Below are positions 16,860 to 24,649 of a stretch of 32,000 bases of DNA, piece after piece. The stretch spans positions 270,001 through 302,000 of the forward strand of contig CP006915.1 in assembly GCA_000503915.1 (NCBI GenBank), given 5' to 3'. Below the pieces are notes generated by a model. The model was not told where the DNA came from and searched no databases. It was given only the letters and a program-made list of their open reading frames with translations. This DNA is from Candidatus Saccharimonadota bacterium (GTDB taxonomy: Bacteria; Patescibacteriota; Saccharimonadia; Saccharimonadales; Saccharimonadaceae). The translations under genes and the position numbers were made by a program. How positions within the stretch are numbered: the first letter of the stretch is position 1; the number at the start of each line of letters is the position of its first letter.

Positions 16860-18767
16860 TTATACGCTGTATTCACCGGGGTTCATATAGCCTGGATTGA
16901 CCACCGGTTGGCCTGGTGTGGGCGCTTGAGGAGGTTGTGGTTCCTGGGGCGCGAACTGTGCGTTGCCGCCGGTCGTAACAAGGCTATGCTCGGTTTCGCT
17001 GGCAACAACCTGGACATGGACGTGGTTTTGGCCGGCAAAGAACAGCCCCTGCCCTACCGGGAAGTTTGCGAGACGCTTTCGTTCTTCTTCGGTGAGTTTA
17101 AAGACGTCACTGAGAACATCGACAGCGCTTGAAGATTGCTTGAGCAGTAGCTGCATTGAGCTGTTGGCGACGATTGCCCGTCCCATCTTGCTACCCATAA
17201 AGTCTTCGACGTCCTGGGTGATGGTTGTGAGACCGAGCTGATATTTACGAGCGCGCTTGGCGAGGCTAAACAGGAAGTTTGCCGAGTCGTCATATTTCAT
17301 CAGTTGCCATGCCTCGTCGACGATCAGCATACGTTTACGCTGGTCGCTACGGGTAATGTTCCAGATATGAGATAGCACAATATACATAGCAACCGGACGG
17401 AGCTCATCCTCCAGGTCGCGAATGTTGAAGACCACCATGTGGTTGTTGATGTCGATATTGCTTTGCTGGGAAAAGATACCGGCAAAGGTGCCGCTAGTGT
17501 ACTTGCGCAGGCGTTGTGCCAGCTGTGGCCCGGTGCCGCCCATATGGAGCAAGGTGTCGTAGAGGTCGGAAATGGTGGGCGGTGTTGAGCGGTGTGTCAG
17601 CGGATCGGAGGTAATACCGGCGCGGGCGTAGGTGTCGATCAAGCCTTGATCGAGGTCGGCTTCTTCGGCTGGTGTTAAGCCGGCCATAATTTGGCCGTTG
17701 GCGGTAGCCTGGGAGCCACCGAGCATGAGGCGGAGCAAGCCGTGCAGGGTGACGAGATTGGCACGCAGCGCATCATCGGCTTCTTCGGTATCGATAACCT
17801 GCGGCAGGTCAAAAGGATTAATGCGGACGTCAGAGTTGAGGCTGAGGCGGATATAGCTTCCTCCGACGGCATCGGACAGTTTCTGATACTCATTTTCCGG
17901 GTCGACGATCAATATATCTGCGCCGATCATCATGCTGCGGATCGCCTCGAGCTTTACGGCAAATGACTTACCGGCACCCGACTTGGCAAAGACGACCATG
18001 TTGGCGTTTTCCAGGGTGAAGCGGTCAAAGATCACCAGGCCGTTGTTGTGCATATTTATACCGTAGAGGATTCCCTTTGAATCAGTTAAGTCGGCCGAAG
18101 TGAATGGAAAACTGGTTGAGATAGCGCCCGTATTCATGTTGCGGCGGATCTGCAATTGGTCGGTCATTTGTGGGACGGTGCTGTTGAGCCCCTGCTCCTG
18201 CTGCGAGCTGGCAACTTTCGAGAAGACAAGTTGCTGGCCAAAGATAGTTTCGATCTTGTGCTGGACGAAGCTGAGCTCGTCGAGGCTGTCGGCGTAGAGC
18301 GTGATGTAGAGGCCGTAGCGGAAAAAGCGCTCCGATCCTACCTGCAATTGGTCACGTAGTTCCTCAGCATCTTGGATAGCGGCTTCGAGTCCAGGATCGC
18401 GCGTACGTCCTTTTTCGCTGTTGATTGCCATACTGGCTTCGAGTTGGGTAACTTTTTTGCGCAGATTGTTGAGCACCACCTGGCTCTCGACTGGGTAAAT
18501 AAACATCGAGATGTCGAGCACTTCATCAATATTGATAATAGAACTCAACCATCCGGTGTAGATCTGGCGTGGATAGCCGTAGACGTAGAGAGTACGGCCG
18601 TACCTTGTGCCGAGGCGGAAGTAGCTGGAGTGGATCTCGAGGCTGCTCGGGGCGATCAGGTCGCGGAGAGTGGTGACGCCTTTTAGGAAGGCCTGCTCGA
18701 CCTCGGCTTGCTCACGGGCACGCTGCTGAGCAGCGATGTCGATCGGGTCAAGTTTTTTAGCTGCCAT
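16860..18767 (-). CDS. VirB4-like T4SS ATPase, middle and C-terminal ATPase portion (split VirB4, part 2)
   Basis: 635-aa ORF. Motifs: Walker A VFAKSGAGKSF near aa 260, Walker B RMLIVDEAW, LTTITQDVEDF. The N-terminal segment LIAPSSLEI...YGRTLYVYGYPRQIYTGWL is typical of the mid-region of Gram-positive VirB4/PrgJ/TcpF proteins. It has a P/Q-rich C-terminal tail. The start shares one base with the stop of the upstream ORF (TAATG at 18765-18769). Confidence 0.88.
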   Translation of the reverse strand: MAAKKLDPIDIAAQQRAREQAEVEQAFLKGVTTLRDLIAPSSLEIHSSYFRLGTRYGRTLYVYGYPRQIYTGWLSSIINIDEVLDISMFIYPVESQVVLNNLRKKVTQLEASMAINSEKGRTRDPGLEAAIQDAEELRDQLQVGSERFFRYGLYITLYADSLDELSFVQHKIETIFGQQLVFSKVASSQQEQGLNSTVPQMTDQLQIRRNMNTGAISTSFPFTSADLTDSKGILYGINMHNNGLVIFDRFTLENANMVVFAKSGAGKSFAVKLEAIRSMMIGADILIVDPENEYQKLSDAVGGSYIRLSLNSDVRINPFDLPQVIDTEEADDALRANLVTLHGLLRLMLGGSQATANGQIMAGLTPAEEADLDQGLIDTYARAGITSDPLTHRSTPPTISDLYDTLLHMGGTGPQLAQRLRKYTSGTFAGIFSQQSNIDINNHMVVFNIRDLEDELRPVAMYIVLSHIWNITRSDQRKRMLIVDEAWQLMKYDDSANFLFSLAKRARKYQLGLTTITQDVEDFMGSKMGRAIVANSSMQLLLKQSSSAVDVLSDVFKLTEEERKRLANFPVGQGLFFAGQNHVHVQVVASETEHSLVTTGGNAQFAPQEPQPPQAPTPGQPVVNPGYMNPGEYSV

Positions 18768-19645
18768 TATGCCCTACCTTTTGTGACGTAGGTGCTGGTC
18801 ACATTGTCAAAGTCACTAAGTGGCTGCCGGACGGCTGTGTCGGGGTTATAGATGTTGTAATACAGCTCGCCTAGCTCTTTGGTGTTCAGCTGGACGCTTT
18901 TGACGCCAAGCTGAAACAGTCCACTCATGACAGCATCGACACGGTTTTTGATCTCATCTTTTGCTTTATCGTAGGCGGCTTGGTCGATCTTGACTGGCTC
19001 GGTGCTTTGCTTGGCGAATAATTTACCGAAGAAGCCTTTTGCCTGATCGCGCAAGTCGGAAAGGTCACCCCCGGGGTAAAACGGCACGATGATAAAAAAG
19101 CTCTTGTCCATAATGTTGGCTTCCTGGCTCAGGACGTCGATAAAGTTGATGTAATCGTCCATCAGGACGCCGAGCAGCATATTGTCTTGGTTGCGCCGCA
19201 AAGTGGCGAGACGGTCGATGTAGGGGCCGATATCGACACGCTGTGAGCGGATAAACACTTGAGCGGGAAAATAGAGCGAGTTCAGAAAGTTCTGGTAGCT
19301 ATACTCTACCCCTTCGCGTTCTTTACTGCTCATGAGGTCGAAGTTGATCGACTTACAGGCGATGACAGCGCGAAAACTACCGTCGCGCATGATCACCATG
19401 CTCTCGCGAATTTCAGAGATCAGCAGAGTGTTCTGAGTCGTGTTGGGGTTTGGTTTTGGCTTGGCTGGTGCCGCCTGGCTTTGTGGCTGAACGGGACTTG
19501 CGGGAGTTACCGAGGGGGCTGGCTGTGGCGCAGCAACGGGAGGCACACTCGAAGAACCGATCGGGACGGTCGGTTGCTGTGGTGGCAGGGCTTGCTGGTT
19601 TGGGGTGTTAGGGGGCATTGCCGAAAAAGAGTTATTCCCACTCAT
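18767..19645 (-). CDS. VirB4-like N-terminal domain protein (split VirB4, part 1) with a P/Q-rich leader
   Basis: 292-aa ORF. The first ~70 aa are low-complexity P/Q/A/S. Then LISEIRESMVIMRDGSFRAVIACKSINFDLMSSKEREGVEYSYQNFLNSLYFPAQVFIRSQRVDIGPYI follows. This matches my memory of the N-terminal block of monoderm VirB4 homologues (I..I.dG.i...dg....v..v..iNf.L.s..E......f..fLn.l....Q). Confidence 0.6.
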   Translation of the reverse strand: MSGNNSFSAMPPNTPNQQALPPQQPTVPIGSSSVPPVAAPQPAPSVTPASPVQPQSQAAPAKPKPNPNTTQNTLLISEIRESMVIMRDGSFRAVIACKSINFDLMSSKEREGVEYSYQNFLNSLYFPAQVFIRSQRVDIGPYIDRLATLRRNQDNMLLGVLMDDYINFIDVLSQEANIMDKSFFIIVPFYPGGDLSDLRDQAKGFFGKLFAKQSTEPVKIDQAAYDKAKDEIKNRVDAVMSGLFQLGVKSVQLNTKELGELYYNIYNPDTAVRQPLSDFDNVTSTYVTKGRA

Positions 19646-19657
19646 TATGCCGATTTT

Positions 19658-20596
19658 CTAGCGAAGCGATATGACCACCTCATTCTCGGAAAGTTTTTCT
19701 TTCTCGTGGATGCGATTCGCTTCCCGCGCGATCGTTTCGACCGATAAATCGGGGTTATTTGCAAGGTTTATTATATCAGCAGACACGCTCTCAACGCTAG
19801 TGCTTTTCTCTGCTGGCTTTTGAGGTGGCGTCGTGTGGTTGACCGGTTCAACAACGGCTTGGTGCATAGTCGGATATGGATTGAAAGTCAGATGGGCGCT
19901 GGTGTCGTCTACTGCAGGCTGAGGGGCGGCGGTCTGAGACAGGTCAATGGTAGACGGTGGAGACTGCTGTATAGGGGCTTGAGCTGGTGCTGCCGCCTGC
20001 TGACGGGCGCGTGCCAGTACTTCCTCGTGATACTTCGTATTAGTTTGTTCGAGACGTGAGCCAAATGCGGTGCCAACGCTGGCGGTACTATCGAGTATAT
20101 CCTCTGTCTGCTGGGCCTCGTAGTACATATCGGAATTCATAGAGCTATCGGGGGTGGGCGCTTGACCGGCGACGCCGCGGACTGCCCAGCCACGTGAATC
20201 GACGATATTAGCCAGATACGACAGGCGCTCTCTGGCCTCATCTTCGGATAAATCTTTTGTTCGCTGTACTTCTACTACTTTCGGTGCGGTAATCTCTACC
20301 AGTGTCTGTATGCCGTCGGGGTTCCACAGGCGTCGGTGCGGCTTTAGGTAAAAAGAGATAAGTGCGGCGAGATAAGTCTCCATCGGCTGGTCTTTTCGTA
20401 GTGGCAAAGCCAGTGCCCCAAAAAAGACGATCACGGGCAGTGGAATGATCATAAGCGGCAGAAAAAGCCGACTCAAAAACCAGGCAATCGTTAGCGCTCC
20501 CGCAACGATAATCAGGTAGATAAACTGACGAAAGCTAAACGGGCCGATGAGCTTGTCATCGGCCTCGACGTCTTGGGGGACTTTATAGACGGCCAT
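19658..20596 (-). CDS. PrgI/VirB3-like T4SS membrane protein with a long C-terminal extension
   Basis: 312-aa ORF. The N-terminus MAVYKVPQDVEADDKLIGPFSFRQFIYLII..., followed by two hydrophobic helices and LRKDQPMETYL...YLKPHRRLW, follows the PrgI-family pattern. It sits immediately upstream of VirB4, as PrgI/VirB3 does. The ~200-aa C-terminal extension includes a P/Q/A-rich segment. Confidence 0.7.
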   Translation of the reverse strand: MAVYKVPQDVEADDKLIGPFSFRQFIYLIIVAGALTIAWFLSRLFLPLMIIPLPVIVFFGALALPLRKDQPMETYLAALISFYLKPHRRLWNPDGIQTLVEITAPKVVEVQRTKDLSEDEARERLSYLANIVDSRGWAVRGVAGQAPTPDSSMNSDMYYEAQQTEDILDSTASVGTAFGSRLEQTNTKYHEEVLARARQQAAAPAQAPIQQSPPSTIDLSQTAAPQPAVDDTSAHLTFNPYPTMHQAVVEPVNHTTPPQKPAEKSTSVESVSADIINLANNPDLSVETIAREANRIHEKEKLSENEVVISLR

Positions 20597-20620
20597 ACTG
20601 CTTATAGTATAGCAAATCGA

Positions 20621-23569
20621 CTAGATATTTGGACCGTAAGTGGCCGCAGCAGCATCCTGCTCGTCCTTAGCTATCTTGTTAAGGATGGCATCGTGTAGAA
20701 CTTTAGCTTCTGGCTTAATGAGGTTATTGATCTGTGGATTAGAACGAGCCTCATTGATGGCTGTCTTCAAGCTAGCCTTTTGCGAGTCATTCAACTCTCC
20801 ATTGAGAGCTGCCTTGTGAATACGCTTCATCTCATCTGGATTCATGCTCGCCAGGCTGGCAGCAGAGAGCTTGGTACCAACTCGTTTGTTAATTTCTTCC
20901 TGCATATCCGTGACGCGTAGCGGGTTACCTTTCGCATCTTTCATGATTTTCCCGTCACTGTCGTGCATGACTTGACCGAGCTTACCTTCAACAAGTTGAC
21001 CAGTAGCCTGGTCGCCTAGTGCCCAAGGTTTATCTTTCATGTCATATGCCATTTGTTTTTGTACACTTGAAAGTGCCTCTACTTCTTTTGAGTTACCGGT
21101 TGTGTCAGCTTCGTTCATGAGTTTTGTAGCAATGTCCAGGGCTCGAATATGTGATTCACGATGGCTTCGAGACATCACCAGTCCTGCCGCTGCGGCTCGC
21201 TGCTCTGAGCTCAACGCAGTGTCACTTATCATGCCTATCAATTGATCATTACTTGCACTGGTCAGGGTCGTTTTAAAAGCACTGACGTCATCATCAAATT
21301 GTTTATGTATTCCTTGAGTAGCGACAGCCGCAGCGCGTACACGAGCCGATTCGTCGGCTTGACTGATAGCACTTCCGCCCGCCGCCGCGTTCTGTAGTTT
21401 TATCGCACGCTCCGTGTAGTTGCCGTTTGCGTCAGTATCCCCGAGTTGGTTGGCCATATAGGTACTTCCGCTTCGCTTCGCTTCACCCTCTCTCGATGCC
21501 AGTAGAGAGTCTCGTCGTGTCTTGTATCGACTATAAGCACCCAGTTTGCTACTTCCAAGCCACCCTTCTTTGTTGTGGGCTGCTATATTCCATCGGTTAC
21601 CTACGTCTTTTTTCATTCGTTCAGCCTGCTCGCTAAATCGCTTCTTATTTCTACTAGCCGCCGCTCCTTGTGCCCTGTCCGCCATACCACTCAACTTTGC
21701 ACCGATAGATCCAGTTGCAGACAAGGCGCTTTTTAGTACGATTGGCACGGCAAAGAGTGGTACTGCCATGACACCGAGCGCGGTGATTTGCAGCATGTAG
21801 TTGCTTTCGTCAGGGTCTCCCCCGGCGTTATTGATGATGCGGGCAGCCAAAGTACTGGCACCAAATATAACGCCGACCACCGGAAATACCAGTAGTAACG
21901 AACTAAACATCTTCCACCACTTCTTGAACCATTTTTCGGTATTTGGCAGCAGGTACGCAACGAAAGCCAAGGGCGAGACGACGACCAGGAGGATCAAAGC
22001 AGCCTTTCGTGCGATCAAGATGAGAATGATAAGAGCGAATGCGAGCAGGGCTGCCGTGCTGATGGTAGTTATGGCAAGCAGGCCAACGACCAGTGCCGCT
22101 GCGCCGACTAGCACGAAGCCTATGACTTTTTTCCAACTTGGCAGATCCGACGCGGTGGCAGAGATGGCGTCTGTTGTCGGCATATCCTTAAAGAATGAGT
22201 AAATGCTACTGCCGAGGATGTTACTCAGGTCGACGGCGATCTGACATACAAAGTACGAAAGGTTGACGAGTACAGCAGCGATGAATAGCCGCGGCAGCAT
22301 GCGTTTAATACCGTAGTTTGAGACACCAGTTCCGGTGATCTGCGAGTAGACAATGATCAGAAAGACAATCACGAATGCCACGTTGGCGATATCACGGAAG
22401 TTACTCCAGGCAGCGCGGGTATCATTATCGGTCAACAGCTTCGGCTCAATCGTGAGAAAGTCAGAGATAAACCCGAAAGCTGCGTCATTGAGCCCTCCCA
22501 TGAAGTTCATGATTGGGCAGATAATCCAGCCTACCCCTTCCACGCTACACGAAGTAGTGGGCTCGGCAGGGGTACATTCCCCAGTGCTATTATTCCAGGT
22601 ACCGCCGTTTTTTTCACATTTTTCTTTTTCCCCTTTTAATCTGTCTCTTTCTTTAGTAGCTTTATCGACGCACTCTTGTCGATCGTTCTTATCCTGCAAG
22701 GCTCTACATGTTTGGTTTATGTATTCATCAGTTGCTTCGGCTGTGATAATCGAATAATTGCCATCGAGTATTCTCGTAGCATTTGCACGAGTCGTACAGG
22801 TTGCTACTGAGATGGAGGGGGAGCTTTTTAGGCACGTAATGATGGATTTGTAGTAATTACACCGCTCAATACTATCTTGGGAACTAGTGGTGCAAACAAT
22901 GGCTGCGTCTGCTTTTTTGATCTGCTCTTTCCTGCGAGCCTTACAGGCGCTATCATCCTTTTTGCAGGTCTCTATCGTGACGCCCATGAAGGTTTCACCG
23001 GTAGGCTCAGAGATGTTGCCAAACGCCACTTGGTTACTGCCCAGCTGCTGGATATCTCTAACCGCCGATGTACAGTCGGAGTCTTCTTTTTGATTATCGA
23101 GGTTGTCGTCACGGCGTACACCTACAAAACTACCGCCAGACCGCGTATTAGCGTCAATCTTAATGGCGACATCACACGAAATGCGCTCACCTTTATCTGT
23201 AACCGCCTCTACTCCATTATTAGTGGCGTACTGTGTGTGGGTAATATATAATTCGTTCTCTCTGGAGTATTTAAAATAAATCTCGGCGGTGTCTTCATTA
23301 TAGTAGTCTTTGTTGTGGCTATTTTCCCCCTCACCAAACACCCACTTATCTCCATCTTTTCTGAACATTGGAATGGATGTGACGTTTGGATCACTAATGA
23401 AACCACCTTTGGCCGAGATAAGACTTTCATAACTCAATGTGTAGGTCGGTTGTGTGCCGTCAGCGTGGACAACTTGACTCGTGTAGAAACTAGCTATAAA
23501 AACCGCTAGGAGTAAGCTCAGGTATAACAGTGGCTTATTTTTTATTTTTATAAGACTAAGCATAATCAT
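20621..23569 (-). CDS. Giant VirB6/TrbL-like polytopic T4SS channel protein, paralogue A (Cys-rich ectodomain, ~7 TM, charged C-terminal tail)
   Basis: 982-aa ORF. It has a signal peptide/anchor (LLYLSLLLAVFIASFYTSQVVHA), an ectodomain of about 300 aa with about 16 Cys, and the conserved junction SCSVEGVGWIICPI. A multi-TM core follows (LPRLFIAAVLVNLSYFVCQIAVDLSNILG; SPLAFVAYLLPNTEKWFKKWW), then a hydrophilic tail of about 340 aa. It is clearly paralogous to 24650-27913. Confidence 0.75.
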   Translation of the reverse strand: MIMLSLIKIKNKPLLYLSLLLAVFIASFYTSQVVHADGTQPTYTLSYESLISAKGGFISDPNVTSIPMFRKDGDKWVFGEGENSHNKDYYNEDTAEIYFKYSRENELYITHTQYATNNGVEAVTDKGERISCDVAIKIDANTRSGGSFVGVRRDDNLDNQKEDSDCTSAVRDIQQLGSNQVAFGNISEPTGETFMGVTIETCKKDDSACKARRKEQIKKADAAIVCTTSSQDSIERCNYYKSIITCLKSSPSISVATCTTRANATRILDGNYSIITAEATDEYINQTCRALQDKNDRQECVDKATKERDRLKGEKEKCEKNGGTWNNSTGECTPAEPTTSCSVEGVGWIICPIMNFMGGLNDAAFGFISDFLTIEPKLLTDNDTRAAWSNFRDIANVAFVIVFLIIVYSQITGTGVSNYGIKRMLPRLFIAAVLVNLSYFVCQIAVDLSNILGSSIYSFFKDMPTTDAISATASDLPSWKKVIGFVLVGAAALVVGLLAITTISTAALLAFALIILILIARKAALILLVVVSPLAFVAYLLPNTEKWFKKWWKMFSSLLLVFPVVGVIFGASTLAARIINNAGGDPDESNYMLQITALGVMAVPLFAVPIVLKSALSATGSIGAKLSGMADRAQGAAASRNKKRFSEQAERMKKDVGNRWNIAAHNKEGWLGSSKLGAYSRYKTRRDSLLASREGEAKRSGSTYMANQLGDTDANGNYTERAIKLQNAAAGGSAISQADESARVRAAAVATQGIHKQFDDDVSAFKTTLTSASNDQLIGMISDTALSSEQRAAAAGLVMSRSHRESHIRALDIATKLMNEADTTGNSKEVEALSSVQKQMAYDMKDKPWALGDQATGQLVEGKLGQVMHDSDGKIMKDAKGNPLRVTDMQEEINKRVGTKLSAASLASMNPDEMKRIHKAALNGELNDSQKASLKTAINEARSNPQINNLIKPEAKVLHDAILNKIAKDEQDAAAATYGPNI

Positions 23570-23578
23570 TTAAGAATG

Positions 23579-23607
23579 ATTATGCCCTAGTTCTATCTAA
23601 ACATCAA
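23579..23607 (-). promoter_or_regulatory. Sigma70-like promoter for VirB6-like paralogue A
   Basis: On the minus strand: TTGATG (23602-23607), a 17-nt spacer, then CATAAT (23579-23584). Only 9 nt separate the -10 element from the ATG at 23569, and there is no SD. This implies a leaderless or near-leaderless mRNA. Confidence 0.4.
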
Positions 23608-23619
23608 TAATAAGAAGAT

Positions 23620-23644
23620 GGCTCGACTTCGGTGGAGTCGAGCC
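23620..23644 (-). terminator. Intrinsic terminator-like hairpin after the 295-aa gene
   Basis: A 9-bp perfect stem (ggctcgact at 23620-23628 / agtcgagcc at 23636-23644) with a 7-nt loop, 8 nt downstream of the stop at 23652. On the minus strand a T-rich tract (TCTTCTTATTATT) follows. Confidence 0.5.
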
Positions 23645-23651
23645 TATACTA

Positions 23652-24539
23652 TTAACCTTCGTTGATCTTTATAGTTCCATCTTTTTGCTGAACCAGCTGG
23701 TAGGGCTGTTCTAGTTTTACGTCGATGGATTTATGTTCTGAGTAATTATTGTCTTGGTCTTGCACCATATATTCGACGCGCAGATAGCTCAAGTCAGGGT
23801 AATTCACTGGATCGTTCACAAATGACGAGTAAACACTACAGCCATAGTCCTGTGGTGCGGTGTCATTTGAAGCGGTAGGACAGACGAATGTGCCGATATC
23901 CTTGACGTCGGGGTTTTCTGCAAGAATTTGTGCGGCAATATCTTTGAGAGAGTTCACGATCTCCGAATCAGGTGTATCGGTAAAGTCGCTCACCGGAATT
24001 TTGTCGACAGGAATGTCGGGGTTTTCTACGAGCACTCCTAAGTACCAGTTGAGGTCTTCACGGATGCTTTTATTGAAAACGCTGCCCCATTCGTCATCGC
24101 TAATACCCTCTAGTATATTCGCATCAAACTGAACGCGATCTTTGTTCTGGAACAGCGCCTCGATTCTTTGATCGAGCGTCTCGGTATCAATTTTAGTTAT
24201 GCCAGGCTCTTTGGTGCCCGGGTCGGCAGACTCGCCGCCACTAGTTGCTACTAATGCGCCGCCAATACCTATAACACTAGTGGCTACCATTCCTGCGATA
24301 GCTCGGCGGTGTCTCCGCATAAAGCTTTCGTTGGATTTCGCTGGGGCTTCTTGCACCACATCGACAGGTTGAGTCAACGGTGTGATGTCTCTAGAACTTT
24401 CGGGAATTTTTAGAGTTGCATCGGCTAGAGGGATGTCAGACTCTTCAAACGGGCGCTCTCCATGATGGACTCCTGAGTGAGGAATTTGTTCCTTGGATCG
24501 ATTACCGTTGCCGAATGTGAATGGTTCTTGGTTGGCCAT
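23652..24539 (-). CDS. Bitopic membrane protein of unknown function (candidate VirB8/TcpC-position T4SS component)
   Basis: 295-aa ORF. It has a polar N-terminus of about 80 aa, one TM (AIAGMVATSVIGIGGALVATSG) and an extracytoplasmic domain of about 190 aa. It is sandwiched between the two VirB6-like genes, with its own predicted promoter and terminator. I recognise no diagnostic motif. Confidence 0.45.
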   Translation of the reverse strand: MANQEPFTFGNGNRSKEQIPHSGVHHGERPFEESDIPLADATLKIPESSRDITPLTQPVDVVQEAPAKSNESFMRRHRRAIAGMVATSVIGIGGALVATSGGESADPGTKEPGITKIDTETLDQRIEALFQNKDRVQFDANILEGISDDEWGSVFNKSIREDLNWYLGVLVENPDIPVDKIPVSDFTDTPDSEIVNSLKDIAAQILAENPDVKDIGTFVCPTASNDTAPQDYGCSVYSSFVNDPVNYPDLSYLRVEYMVQDQDNNYSEHKSIDVKLEQPYQLVQQKDGTIKINEG

Positions 24540-24588
24540 ATGATATGGTTCCCCTGCGCCTAGTACGCTTTACTGATGTATGTTTGCT

Positions 24589-24617
24589 ACTATACACCAA
24601 ATTCACGAAAAATGCAA
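24589..24617 (-). promoter_or_regulatory. Sigma70-like promoter for the 295-aa bitopic protein gene
   Basis: On the minus strand: TTGCAT (24612-24617), a 17-nt spacer, then TATAGT (24589-24594). It lies about 50 nt upstream of the ATG at 24539. Confidence 0.45.
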
Positions 24618-24649
24618 GCGTGTGCTTTTTACGTCAAGGGTTGACAGGA

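Noticed and set aside
19429-19645. The P/Q-rich coding stretch as a nucleotide tandem repeat or contingency locus
   Set aside because: I could find no exact periodic unit or homopolymer tract by eye. It is compositionally biased but not a true tandem repeat.
24608-24630. aaaaatgcaagcgtgtgcttttt as an intrinsic terminator after VirB6-like paralogue B
   Set aside because: The A-run/T-run flanks look terminator-like, but the internal arms pair for only 3 bp (gca/tgc). The same sequence is better explained as the -35 region of the TTGCAT-17-TATAGT promoter.
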